Below are positions 54,088-63,275 of a stretch of 64,000 nucleotides of DNA, one piece after another. Position 1 is the stretch's first letter. Each line of letters starts with the position of its first letter. The notes beneath the pieces are model-generated. The model made no database searches and was not told the DNA's origin. It saw only the letters and a list, made by a program, of their open reading frames with translations. The DNA is taken from positions 41,949 to 105,948 of the forward strand of contig SVKF01000004.1 in the NCBI GenBank assembly GCA_015068605.1, in the 5' to 3' direction. Source of the stretch: Oscillospiraceae bacterium. GTDB taxonomy: Bacteria; Bacillota; Clostridia; Monoglobales; Monoglobaceae. Made by a program: the position numbers and the translations under genes.

Positions 54088-54294
54088 TAGGTTTTTACAA
54101 AAAAATCACAAAAACACAGAATTTCAAAGAAAAAGATGGAATTTCACAGATTTTTTCATATCGCAATATCCCTTTTCTTTGTTCAAAGTATGCATTTTCG
54201 TTTTCCTTTCTGACAAAAGCATTATACATATCAAAAAGGCTGCAGCGCTTTCGCCACAGCCTCAGGTCACTGACAAACCCACCGTTTTATGAAA

Positions 54295-55140
54295 TTATGC
54301 TTTCTTTTCTGCGGCGGTTATTGTGTTTTGCATAAGCATAGAAATTGTCATAGGTCCAACTCCGCCCGGAACGGGAGTTATTGCACCTGCAATCTTTGAA
54401 ACCTCGGCATAGTCAACATCTCCGCAAAGAGTTCCGTCTTCAAGGCGGTTCATTCCCACATCGATAACAACTGCGCCTTCTTTAACCATATCGGCTGTAA
54501 CGAAATTTGCTCTGCCCACAGCGGCAACCAGAATATCCGCCTCTTTCGTAATATCCTTAAGATTTTTCGTTCTTGAGTGGCAGGTTGTAACTGTTCCGTT
54601 CTGATGAAGAAGGAGCATTGACATAGGCTTTCCGACGATATTGCTTCGCCCGATAACAACACAGTTCTTCCCCTCAACCTCGCATCCGCTTTCCTTAATC
54701 ATTTCCATAATTCCGGCAGGGGTACAGGGAACAAAATCAAAGTCACCAATCATAATTTTTCCCACATTAACGGGATGAAAAGCGTCCACATCCTTTTCGG
54801 GGTTGATAGTATTAATAACAGCTTTTTCATCAAGCCCCTTCGGGAGCGGAAGCTGAACCAAAATACCGTGGATTTTGTCGTCATTGTTAAGCTTTTCAAC
54901 AAGAGAAACCAGCTCCTCTTGGGTTGTTTCGGCAGGAAGAGCGTATTTTTCGGAATACATATTAAGCTCTTGACACATTGCTTCCTTTCTGCCAACATAA
55001 ACCTTGGATGCCGGGTCATCGCCCACGATGATAACCGCCAGACCCGGTGTGTTTCCCTTTTCCGAAAGAGCCTTTACCCTTTCCGAGAGTTTTGCTTTTA
55101 CTTTTGCGGATATTTCCTTTCCGCTGAGAATTTTTGCCAT
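54295..55140 (-). CDS. folD: Bifunctional methylenetetrahydrofolate dehydrogenase / methenyl-THF cyclohydrolase
   Basis: [15 protein letters not shown]..., [45 protein letters not shown] lies before the ATG. Confidence 0.95.
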   Translation of the reverse strand: MAKILSGKEISAKVKAKLSERVKALSEKGNTPGLAVIIVGDDPASKVYVGRKEAMCQELNMYSEKYALPAETTQEELVSLVEKLNNDDKIHGILVQLPLPKGLDEKAVINTINPEKDVDAFHPVNVGKIMIGDFDFVPCTPAGIMEMIKESGCEVEGKNCVVIGRSNIVGKPMSMLLLHQNGTVTTCHSRTKNLKDITKEADILVAAVGRANFVTADMVKEGAVVIDVGMNRLEDGTLCGDVDYAEVSKIAGAITPVPGGVGPMTISMLMQNTITAAEKKA

Positions 55141-56938
55141 TTTTATAATCTCCTTTCGGCTTTATGAGGCAATTGGAGTCGTAACCGATAAGGTCTTCTC
55201 TCCCTGCCTTTATAAGCGCTTTTTTTACTAATTCATAATTTTCGGGATTGCGATATTGAAGCAATGCCCTTTGCATTTGTTTTTCTTCATAGTTTTTCGG
55301 AACATAGACTTTCTTCATGGTAAACGGGTCTATGCCCGTGTAATACATACAAGTCGATATACTCCCCGGCGTTGGATAAAAATCCTGAACCTGGTCAGGC
55401 TGAATATTTTTATCCCGAAGATACAGCGAGAGTGCTATGGCATCCTTTAATGTGCTTCCCGGGTGGGACGACATAAGATACGGGACTGCATATTGCTCCA
55501 TTTTAAGTTCCTGATTAATTTTATCAAACTTCTGAACAAATTTATCGTAAACCGCCCGAGAGGGTTTTCCCATATACTTTAAAACATTATCGGAAATATG
55601 CTCGGGGGCTACCCGAAGCTGACCGCTTATGTGATGCTTACACAGCTCATAGAAAAACTCCTCATCCTTATCCGCCATAAGATAATCATATCTTATTCCC
55701 GAGCGGATAAAAACCTTTTTAACCCCTTCAAGTTTCCGTAGCTTTCTTAAAAGCGAAAGATAGTCTTTATGAGAAACCTCCATATTTTTGCAGGGAGTTG
55801 GATAAAGACAACGCTTATCGGGGCAAACTCCGTATTTTTCCTGCTTCTTGCAGGAAGGGTGGCGAAAGTTTGCAGTTGGTCCGCCAACATCGTGGATATA
55901 TCCTTTAAAATCAGGCGAAGAAATCATCCTTTTTGCCTCACGGATAAGGGAGTCGTGGCTTCTTGATGTGACAACCCGTCCCTGATGAAAGGCAAGAGCG
56001 CAAAAATTACAATTTCCGAAACAACCACGACAAGAGGTCAGGCTGAATTTAATCTCCGAAATTGCAGGAACACCACCATCCTTTTCGTACATTGGGTGAT
56101 AGGTATTTTCAAAAGGAAGTTCATAAACCGCACCAAGCTCCTCTGTCGAAAGAGGCGGCGAGGGTGGGTTTTGAACAACATACTTTTTACTGTCCTTTTG
56201 GACAAGAATTTTCCCTCTGACAGAGTCTTGTTCCCTTTGCATTATGGCAGTCGCCCGGGCGTATTTTTCCTTATCGGTTGAAACCTCATTAAAAGACGGG
56301 AGATATACGAAGTCATCAGGGAGATTGCTTTCAGTTTCTTCATAAACAGTTCCGGCAATATGTTTTATATCTTTGATATTCGCCCCACAATTTAGCAAAT
56401 CGGCAATTTCAATAATCTGATGTTCGCCCATTCCGTAAACCAAAAGATCCGCTCCGCTATCCGTCAGGATGTTCCTCCTGACTTTGTCTGACCAGTAATC
56501 ATAATGGGCAAAACGACGAAGACTTGCCTCAATTCCGCCGATTATAATGGGAATCTTCTTCCCGAACACCTGACGAAGCTTGTTACAGTATACAATAGTC
56601 GCTCTGTCGGGGCGAAGCCCTGCCTTACCGCCCGGGGAATAAAAATCCTGACTCCTTCGCTTTTTCGCAACAGTATAGTGATTAACCATAGAGTCAATAT
56701 TTCCGGCACATACCAAAAAGCCCAGCCTCGGCTCACCCAAAGTCAGAAAATCTTCTGTTGTTTGCCAATTAGGTTGAGGAATAATTCCGACAGAATAACC
56801 GTGACTTTCAAGAACACGAGAAATAACCGCATGGGCAAAGGAACTATGGTCAATATATGCATCGCCGGACACAAGAATAAAATCAAGCTTGTCTATGCTT
56901 GATTTCATCATATCTTCTCTACAAACCGGCAAAAACAT
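55016..56938 (-). CDS. ygiQ: YgiQ-family (UPF0313) radical SAM protein with a basic C-terminal tail
   Basis: [10 protein letters not shown]...[26 protein letters not shown]-terminus. [11 protein letters not shown] cluster motif. The K/R/G-rich tail overlaps folD. Confidence 0.9.
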   Translation of the reverse strand: MFLPVCREDMMKSSIDKLDFILVSGDAYIDHSSFAHAVISRVLESHGYSVGIIPQPNWQTTEDFLTLGEPRLGFLVCAGNIDSMVNHYTVAKKRRSQDFYSPGGKAGLRPDRATIVYCNKLRQVFGKKIPIIIGGIEASLRRFAHYDYWSDKVRRNILTDSGADLLVYGMGEHQIIEIADLLNCGANIKDIKHIAGTVYEETESNLPDDFVYLPSFNEVSTDKEKYARATAIMQREQDSVRGKILVQKDSKKYVVQNPPSPPLSTEELGAVYELPFENTYHPMYEKDGGVPAISEIKFSLTSCRGCFGNCNFCALAFHQGRVVTSRSHDSLIREAKRMISSPDFKGYIHDVGGPTANFRHPSCKKQEKYGVCPDKRCLYPTPCKNMEVSHKDYLSLLRKLRKLEGVKKVFIRSGIRYDYLMADKDEEFFYELCKHHISGQLRVAPEHISDNVLKYMGKPSRAVYDKFVQKFDKINQELKMEQYAVPYLMSSHPGSTLKDAIALSLYLRDKNIQPDQVQDFYPTPGSISTCMYYTGIDPFTMKKVYVPKNYEEKQMQRALLQYRNPENYELVKKALIKAGREDLIGYDSNCLIKPKGDYKNGKNSQRKGNIRKSKSKTLGKGKGSFGKGKHTGSGGYHRGR

Positions 56939-57020
56939 ACAATCACTCCTTTGTCAAAACAAGTATGAATATATAATATCATTAAAATAAAGAAATTTCA
57001 AGGAAAATAATCAAATTTCC

Positions 57021-57049
57021 TTGACTTTAAGTAAAAAAAGTTGTATTAT
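57021..57049 (+). promoter_or_regulatory. Sigma-A promoter candidate for the ACT/UPF0210 pair
   Basis: TTGACT (57021-57026), 17 nt spacer ending in TG, TATTAT (57044-57049). Confidence 0.5.
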
Positions 57050-57088
57050 AATGTTAGTTTTATTTAAGACAATATACGGAGGTAATCT

Positions 57089-57358
57089 ATGAAAGCGATA
57101 GTAACAGTTATGGGCATTGACAGAAAAGGCATTATTGCAAAGGTTAGTGCTTGTTTATCTGAAAATAATATAAACATTCTTGACATCAATCAGACCATTA
57201 TGCAGGATTTGTTTACTATGGTTATGTATGTGGATATGAGCGATTCCGAAAATGATTTTGCATATGTGTCAAAAAAACTTTCTGAAATCGGAGAGGAGCT
57301 CGGTCTTGAAATCAGGCTTCAGCATGAAGAAATTTTCAGAAGTATGCACAGAATTTAA
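57089..57358 (+). CDS. ACT-domain protein (UPF0237 family)
   Basis: 89 aa. MKAIVTVMGIDRKGIIAKVSACLSENNINILDINQT. Confidence 0.85.
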   Translation: MKAIVTVMGIDRKGIIAKVSACLSENNINILDINQTIMQDLFTMVMYVDMSDSENDFAYVSKKLSEIGEELGLEIRLQHEEIFRSMHRI

Positions 57359-57434
57359 AAGAACAAAGCGGCTGTGCCGCTCGCCGCAGGCGGCGGTCGA
57401 AGCATTTACGCTTTGTTTGCCCATATGCATTTCG

Positions 57435-57466
57435 CCAAAGGTGAAAATTTTGCATGGGCAATTAAA
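57435..57466. repeat. Copy of the intergenic repeat CCAAAGGYGAAAATTT(T)GCATGGRCAATTAAA
   Basis: Near-identical to 63162-63192. Partial relatives are at 3960-3980 and 17388-17409. Confidence 0.65.
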
Positions 57467-57510
57467 TTTTGTTTTAATGAAATAGAAATACGCAAGTTCC
57501 TATTTTATTA

Positions 57511-57540
57511 AAAAGTCGGATTTTTTCGACTTTTATTTCT
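57511..57540 (+). terminator. Hairpin plus T-run immediately upstream of the UPF0210 RBS
   Basis: AAAAGTCG (57511-57518) / CGACTTTT (57527-57534), followed by ATTTCTTATTT. Confidence 0.45.
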
Positions 57541-57555
57541 TATTTGGAGGGCATT

Positions 57556-58914
57556 ATGATAAATACAAATGAAATTTTTGAAACCATAAAAATGATTAAG
57601 GACGAGCACCTTGACATCAGAACAATAACTATGGGTATTTCTCTCCTTGATTGTGTTGATTCATCTGCTGACAGATCCTGCGACAAGATTTATGATAAGA
57701 TAAGTCGTTATGCGGAAAATCTTGTTAAAACAGGCGAAGATATAAGCAAGGAGCTTGGTATCCCCATTATAAACAAACGAATTTCGGTTACTCCTATCGC
57801 AATGGTGGCAGGGGCGAGCGATGCTAAAGACTATGTCTGCTTCGCAAAGGCTCTTGACCGTGCCGCTGACACAACGGGAGTTAATTTCATTGGCGGATTT
57901 TCAGCACTTGTTCACAAAGGCTTCTCAAGGGGCGATGACATTCTCATTAACTCAATCCCCGAAGCCCTTGCCGTGACAGAAAAAGTTTGTTCCTCTGTGG
58001 GAGTTGCAACAACCAAAGCCGGAATAAATATGGATGCGGTAAAAAGAATTGGTCAGGTTGTTAAAAAAGCGGCAGAACTGACAGCTGACAGAGATTCTTT
58101 CGGTTGTGCTAAGTTTGTAGTTTTTGCAAACGCAGTTGAGGATAACCCGTTTATGGCAGGTGCTTTCCACGGTGTTGGCGAAGGAGATTGCGTTATTAAT
58201 GTCGGCGTAAGCGGACCGGGTGTTGTTAAAAGCGCATTGGAACAGGTTAAAGGTGCAGATTTCGGCGTTGTTGCAAACACTATAAAGAAAACTGCCTTTA
58301 AAATCACGAGAATGGGGCAGCTTGTTGCTCAGGAAGCTTCAAAAAGACTCAATGTCCCATTTGGCATTGTTGACTTGTCTTTAGCTCCAACCCCCGAAAT
58401 TGGCGACAGCGTTGCATATATTCTTGAGGAAATGGGACTTGAAAAGTGCGGAACTCATGGCACAACCGCAGCCCTTGCCCTTTTAAACGATGCTGTTAAA
58501 AAAGGCGGAATTATGGCATCGGGGTATGTTGGTGGCTTAAGCGGTGCATTCATTCCTGTCAGCGAGGATGCCGGTATGATTGCCGCCGCAAAGTGCGGTG
58601 CACTGACTCTCGACAAGCTTGAAGCCATGACCTGCGTATGCTCTGTTGGTCTTGATATGATTGCAATTCCCGGAGATACCTCTGCCGAAACAATATCTGC
58701 AATAATTGCCGATGAAATGGCAATCGGTATGATAAATCAAAAAACAACAGCCGTAAGAATTATTCCGGCTGTTGGTAAAAAGGTTGGCGAAACAGTTGAA
58801 TTCGGAGGTCTTTTGGGTGAAGCTCCCATAATGCCTGTTCATGAATTTTCAAGCGCTGATTTCATTAACAGAGGCGGCAGAATTCCGGCTCCTATACACA
58901 GTCTTAAAAATTAG
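57556..58914 (+). CDS. UPF0210 (DUF711) family protein
   Basis: [33 protein letters not shown] is the typical UPF0210 N-terminus. It is the usual partner of the upstream ACT protein. ATG at 57556 follows GGAGGG. Confidence 0.88.
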   Translation: MINTNEIFETIKMIKDEHLDIRTITMGISLLDCVDSSADRSCDKIYDKISRYAENLVKTGEDISKELGIPIINKRISVTPIAMVAGASDAKDYVCFAKALDRAADTTGVNFIGGFSALVHKGFSRGDDILINSIPEALAVTEKVCSSVGVATTKAGINMDAVKRIGQVVKKAAELTADRDSFGCAKFVVFANAVEDNPFMAGAFHGVGEGDCVINVGVSGPGVVKSALEQVKGADFGVVANTIKKTAFKITRMGQLVAQEASKRLNVPFGIVDLSLAPTPEIGDSVAYILEEMGLEKCGTHGTTAALALLNDAVKKGGIMASGYVGGLSGAFIPVSEDAGMIAAAKCGALTLDKLEAMTCVCSVGLDMIAIPGDTSAETISAIIADEMAIGMINQKTTAVRIIPAVGKKVGETVEFGGLLGEAPIMPVHEFSSADFINRGGRIPAPIHSLKN

Positions 58915-58953
58915 GATAAGCTTTCGATATTTTTATAAATTTATCTTGTCTTT

Positions 58954-58999
58954 AAAAGAGTCCATTGCAGGATGAAATCATTTTGCAATGGACTCTTTT
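58954..58999 (+). terminator. 16 bp perfect hairpin after the UPF0210 gene
   Basis: AAAAGAGTCCATTGCA (58954-58969) / TGCAATGGACTCTTTT (58984-58999). The loop carries the ATGAAATCATTTTGC repeat core. Confidence 0.65.
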
Positions 59000-59080
59000 G
59001 CGGATAACCGCATTTTTGTGTAGCTTATATCATTTGTGTTTGCCCTCTTGATACATATTCAAAAGAACAAAGCCGGCAAA

Positions 59081-59890
59081 TCAGCCCTTCCCTTGTATGC
59101 TCCCCGGGGAGACTCCGAATATTTTTTTGAACAGTCTCTGAAAATAGCATATATCAGGTATTCCAACCATTCCTGCCACCTCTGACACAGTATATTCACC
59201 ACTTTGTATAATTTCTCTTGCTTTCTTCATTCTCAAATAGTTTCTGTAAGTCACAGGCGACATATTTTTGTATCGCTTGAAATAACGCCTGAACGAGCTC
59301 TCACTTATGTTGCACATTTCAGCCAACTCCTTGACCGTCACCTCTTCAAGATAGTGATTTTCAAGATAGAATATTCCTTTATAAATTACATTTTCCTTAA
59401 GCTTCAGCTTCTTATATGTTGAATCCAAAAACAGATGGTAAATTATCTTATATATGTAAGCAAGAGTTTCAAACTTGTAACCTATTGCACCTTTTGTCCA
59501 AATGGAATAAGCATTTTCAAACATTTCCAAAAATATTCCTATCTTATCTGACGCAGCAATACATATTGAATCCGGAAAGCTCAAATACGGAATATCCGAC
59601 ATAAAATTAATCGAAATATATCTGCCGTTTTGCTCATTCCCCCATCTTGATTCATATTCCACATCACACGGAAGAAAAACTATATCTCCTGCCTTCGCAA
59701 TCACCGTATCACGGGTATTTTCATTAAATACCATACTCCCTTCCACAATATAAAAAAGTCTCAAAAAATTCTTGTCTCCTTTTTTGCATACATAATAATC
59801 AGGAACCTTGACAACATTTGAAAATACACCGAATTTTTTGCTTTCAACTTGATTAATTGTTGCAAACTCTACACTAAAGTCATTTTTCAT
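59081..59890 (-). CDS. AraC-family transcriptional regulator (cupin sensor plus HTH)
   Basis: C-terminal VKELAEMCNISESSFRRYFKRYKNMSPVTYRNYLRMKKAREII. GGTGGAG lies before the ATG at 59890. Confidence 0.88.
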   Translation of the reverse strand: MKNDFSVEFATINQVESKKFGVFSNVVKVPDYYVCKKGDKNFLRLFYIVEGSMVFNENTRDTVIAKAGDIVFLPCDVEYESRWGNEQNGRYISINFMSDIPYLSFPDSICIAASDKIGIFLEMFENAYSIWTKGAIGYKFETLAYIYKIIYHLFLDSTYKKLKLKENVIYKGIFYLENHYLEEVTVKELAEMCNISESSFRRYFKRYKNMSPVTYRNYLRMKKAREIIQSGEYTVSEVAGMVGIPDICYFQRLFKKIFGVSPGSIQGKG

Positions 59891-59949
59891 AACTCCACCT
59901 CGCTCTTCCCTTCTGCTCATATTGTACAATAAAAAGCTTATTTTGTAAA

Positions 59950-59978
59950 TAGACAATTTCAAAAAAAATTGTTATAAT
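59950..59978 (+). promoter_or_regulatory. Promoter candidate for the oxidoreductase/isomerase operon
   Basis: TAGACA (59950-59955), 17 nt spacer ending in TG-T, TATAAT (59973-59978). The palindrome ATTGTACAAT lies upstream. Confidence 0.45.
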
Positions 59979-60019
59979 CCAATTATACAAAACACATATT
60001 TATTAAGGAGTGGATGAAA

Positions 60020-61312
60020 ATGAAAATCGGTATTGTCGGAGTAGGTAAATTTTCAGACGATTTTATTCGTTTGTTTAACATACACCCTGACGTTGAGGAG
60101 GTCGTTTTAGCTGACCTTGATAAGGACAGACTTGAAACCTCCATGAAAAAACACGGTATAAAGAGATGCTTTTATTCTTTTGACGAAATGTTGGACAATG
60201 CACCGGAGCTTGACAGCATTGCTATATTTACACAAAGACACTTACACGGGCCTATGATTATTGAGGCTTTAAAACGCGGAAAACACGTATATAGTGCTGT
60301 TCCAATCGGATGTACTGTTGACGAAATCAAAGAAATTATCGATCTTGTTAAAACAACCAGACTTACATATATGATGGGAGAAACCTGTTACTACTACCCA
60401 TGTGCAATATATTGCCGTGAAAAATATAAATCAGGTGATATGGGTAAATTTGTTTATGGTGAATCTCAATATTATCACGATATATGTGAAATGTATGATG
60501 ATTTCTCTCGTTCGGGCGGAGCAAACTGGCAAAGAGTTGCAGGTATCCCTCCTATGTTCTACCCCACACACTCCATTTCAATGATTTTTTCAGCAATCGA
60601 CCAATACGCAACAAAAGTGTCATGTATGGGACTTCGTGATAATCATCCTGATAACATTTACGGTGAAGGAAAAAATAATTGGGATAACCCTTTCAGTAAC
60701 GAAACAGCTCTGTTCCAGATGTCCGGCGGCGGAGTTGTCAGAATCAATGAATTCAGGCGTGTCGGCATAAATAAGCCATCTTCATACATAACCTGTTTTT
60801 ACGGGGATAAGGGTGCTTATGAATGTTCTGTTACAAATCATTCTTATCAGAGAGGTGTTGCCAGCGGAGAGAAGCCATATATAGAAGATGTTGGTCCCCT
60901 TGTCAACACCATAGAATATAATGAGGATCTGCAAAACGGAACTATTGACATGGCTCACGACCCAATATCCGTTAAGTATATAGAAGGATTTGCAAAAATT
61001 CAGGACAGAGCAAGACTTCCAAAGACAATGAGAGACACTCGCAAATTCTCTCATTATAATTCACACCCATTTCTTGTTGACGACTTTGTTCGTGCCGTTC
61101 TTTCGGGAAAACTCCCTCCGAATAATGCCTGGGATAGTGCCCGATATATGATTCCCGGGCTTATAGCTCACGAAAGTGCATTAAGAGGTGGCGAACTTCT
61201 TGATATTCCGGATTTGGGAAATGCTCCTGATGACTGGGAAAAACTTACATATGAGATAAAAGAAAATTATGAGGATATGAGTAGATACTATGATGTTGAG
61301 TGCTTGCATTGA
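60020..61312 (+). CDS. Gfo/Idh/MocA-family NAD(P)-dependent oxidoreductase (long form, about 430 aa)
   Basis: N-terminal Rossmann MKIGIVGVGKFS. AAGGAG lies 9 nt before the ATG at 60020; the track start is 60014. Confidence 0.8.
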   Translation: MKIGIVGVGKFSDDFIRLFNIHPDVEEVVLADLDKDRLETSMKKHGIKRCFYSFDEMLDNAPELDSIAIFTQRHLHGPMIIEALKRGKHVYSAVPIGCTVDEIKEIIDLVKTTRLTYMMGETCYYYPCAIYCREKYKSGDMGKFVYGESQYYHDICEMYDDFSRSGGANWQRVAGIPPMFYPTHSISMIFSAIDQYATKVSCMGLRDNHPDNIYGEGKNNWDNPFSNETALFQMSGGGVVRINEFRRVGINKPSSYITCFYGDKGAYECSVTNHSYQRGVASGEKPYIEDVGPLVNTIEYNEDLQNGTIDMAHDPISVKYIEGFAKIQDRARLPKTMRDTRKFSHYNSHPFLVDDFVRAVLSGKLPPNNAWDSARYMIPGLIAHESALRGGELLDIPDLGNAPDDWEKLTYEIKENYEDMSRYYDVECLH

Positions 61313-62051
61313 TATGATGTTTTCGTATTGCGATTTTTATGACAGATTCGATGAAGTCAAAAAATGCGGTATAGATACAATAGAATTTTGGAAATGGTCA
61401 AATAAAGATATTAACAGCATACTTTCAAAGGGTATGAATGTTTCAATATTTAATATTGACAGTAGCGATGATAAGCTTTCCTACGATTTATCGAGAGGAA
61501 TTTTAAACGATGGCAGAGCTGATGATTTTTTAAAAGCACTCAATGAAAGCATTTCTGTTTATAAAAAATTAAACGCAACCGGTATGATTGTTTTAATCGG
61601 AGAACATAAAGAATATAACGAAGAAAACGTTTTAAGGTGTCTTAATGCTGCAAAACCGATTGTTGAAAAAGAGAATATAACCCTTTTGATTGAACCTCTG
61701 AATAATGTAGACAGAGTTGGATATTCTATGCCCTACGCAACTCCGGTTTTTGAACTTTTAAAGAAAGTTAACAGCCCCAAAATTAAAATGCTTTATGACA
61801 TATATCACCAAAATATGATGAACGATTTTGATATGACAGAAATTAAAGAAAATATTGATTTAATCGGTCATTTTCATGTTGCTGATGCTCCCGGGAGACA
61901 TGAACCCGGAACAGGAAATGTAGATTATGTTAATATTCTCAAAGAAATTTCAAAGCTTTCCTATAAAGGATTCATAGGTCTTGAATACAGAGCCACAAAA
62001 AAAGATTCCGAAACACTAAATTTTTTAAAGGAGGTTGGTTTGCTTGTTTAA
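61290..62051 (+). CDS. Xylose-isomerase-like TIM-barrel protein (sugar phosphate isomerase/epimerase; hydroxypyruvate isomerase-like)
   Basis: About 253 aa. IEFW, LIEPLN, HFHVAD.PGRHEPGTG and GLEY blocks are typical of the AP-endonuclease-2/Hyi TIM-barrel family. Confidence 0.8.
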   Translation: MMLSACIDMMFSYCDFYDRFDEVKKCGIDTIEFWKWSNKDINSILSKGMNVSIFNIDSSDDKLSYDLSRGILNDGRADDFLKALNESISVYKKLNATGMIVLIGEHKEYNEENVLRCLNAAKPIVEKENITLLIEPLNNVDRVGYSMPYATPVFELLKKVNSPKIKMLYDIYHQNMMNDFDMTEIKENIDLIGHFHVADAPGRHEPGTGNVDYVNILKEISKLSYKGFIGLEYRATKKDSETLNFLKEVGLLV

Positions 62052-63117
62052 AGTATGTATTATCAGTTGCGGAATGATTGCCAACGAAGCTCACATCCCT
62101 GCATACAACCAATTCCCCAATGATTATAAAATTGTTGGCGTTTGTGATGTAAACAAAAAATCTGCTGAAGATACAGCAAAAAGATATAATATTGCAAATT
62201 ATTATACAGATGCACAGAAAATGCTCGAAAATGAAAAACCCGATGTTGTATCATTATGCGTACCAAATTATTTACATAAAGAATATACCCTTATGGCACT
62301 AAACAACGGTGCCAATGTTATCTGCGAAAAGCCGCTGGCTTTTAAATACAGTGATGCTGTGGAAATGTTTGAATGTGCTGAAAAAAACAATAAGATACTT
62401 ATGGCGTGCCAAAGTATGCGTTTCACACCCGACCGTCTTGCCGCAAAAAAATATATTGACGAAAACGACATTGGACATATACATTACGGGGAATTGTCAC
62501 GAACACGCAGACGAGGCATCCCCACATGGGGAAAATTTCATATTAAAGAGATTAGCTGTGGCGGTGCATTTATCGACATCGGTGTTCATATGCTTGACGC
62601 ACTTTTATGGCTTATGGGTAATCCCAAGGTTAAATCAGTCAATGCGTCTATGAGTATGAATTACCAATACGAAATCGGCTCTCTTATAGGGAGCGGTGCA
62701 CTTTCCGGAAATGTTGATAACGTCCGTAAATTCAATCCTGATGAAATGGATGTTGAAGATTTTTCGTGCGGATTGATTACCTTTGAAAACGGAGCAAAAA
62801 TATCATTTAAGGTGGCTTGGGCATTAAATGCACCCGAAAGTGCTGATATAAAGCTTGTCGGATTAAAAGAAGGAATTTATCTTCCCGAATGTAAAATTTA
62901 TTTCGGGGAAAACAACGAGAAAACTCTTGACACAGAAAAACAATTATACGATGTGCCATTTCCGGGACATATTTACATTATGGATAATCTACGAAAGGTT
63001 TTAAAAGGAGAAGCCAAACTGATTATAAAACCTGAAGAGACTATAAATGTTTCTCAAATAATTGAACTTGTTTATAAATCCGCCGAACTCAAAAGAGAGG
63101 TTTTCGCAAACGAATAA
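62044..63117 (+). CDS. Gfo/Idh/MocA-family oxidoreductase
   Basis: CIISCGMIANEAHIPAY Rossmann region and EKP motif (ICEKPLA). The probable TTG start at 62044 lies 9 nt after AGGAGG; the track start is 62035. Confidence 0.8.
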   Translation: MFKVCIISCGMIANEAHIPAYNQFPNDYKIVGVCDVNKKSAEDTAKRYNIANYYTDAQKMLENEKPDVVSLCVPNYLHKEYTLMALNNGANVICEKPLAFKYSDAVEMFECAEKNNKILMACQSMRFTPDRLAAKKYIDENDIGHIHYGELSRTRRRGIPTWGKFHIKEISCGGAFIDIGVHMLDALLWLMGNPKVKSVNASMSMNYQYEIGSLIGSGALSGNVDNVRKFNPDEMDVEDFSCGLITFENGAKISFKVAWALNAPESADIKLVGLKEGIYLPECKIYFGENNEKTLDTEKQLYDVPFPGHIYIMDNLRKVLKGEAKLIIKPEETINVSQIIELVYKSAELKREVFANE

Positions 63118-63161
63118 CCACGGAGTTAAAGCTCATTTTCATAGGAAAAATCTTTTCATTT

Positions 63162-63192
63162 CCAAAGGCGAAAATTTGCATGGACAATTAAA
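63162..63192. repeat. Second copy of the intergenic repeat CCAAAGGCGAAAATTTGCATGGACAATTAAA
   Basis: Matches 57435-57466 apart from about 3 differences. Confidence 0.65.
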
Positions 63193-63231
63193 ACTTTTTG
63201 TATAACAGGAAACTGCGCATTTCCTGTTATA

Positions 63232-63265
63232 CAAAAAAATCTGCTCAAATCGAGCAGATTTTTTT
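63232..63265. terminator. Bidirectional intrinsic terminator between the oxidoreductase operon and tsf
   Basis: A7, then ATCTGCTC (63239-63246) / GAGCAGAT (63252-63259), then T7. A second 15 bp hairpin lies at 63198-63234. Confidence 0.7.
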
Positions 63266-63275
63266 ATATATGAAA

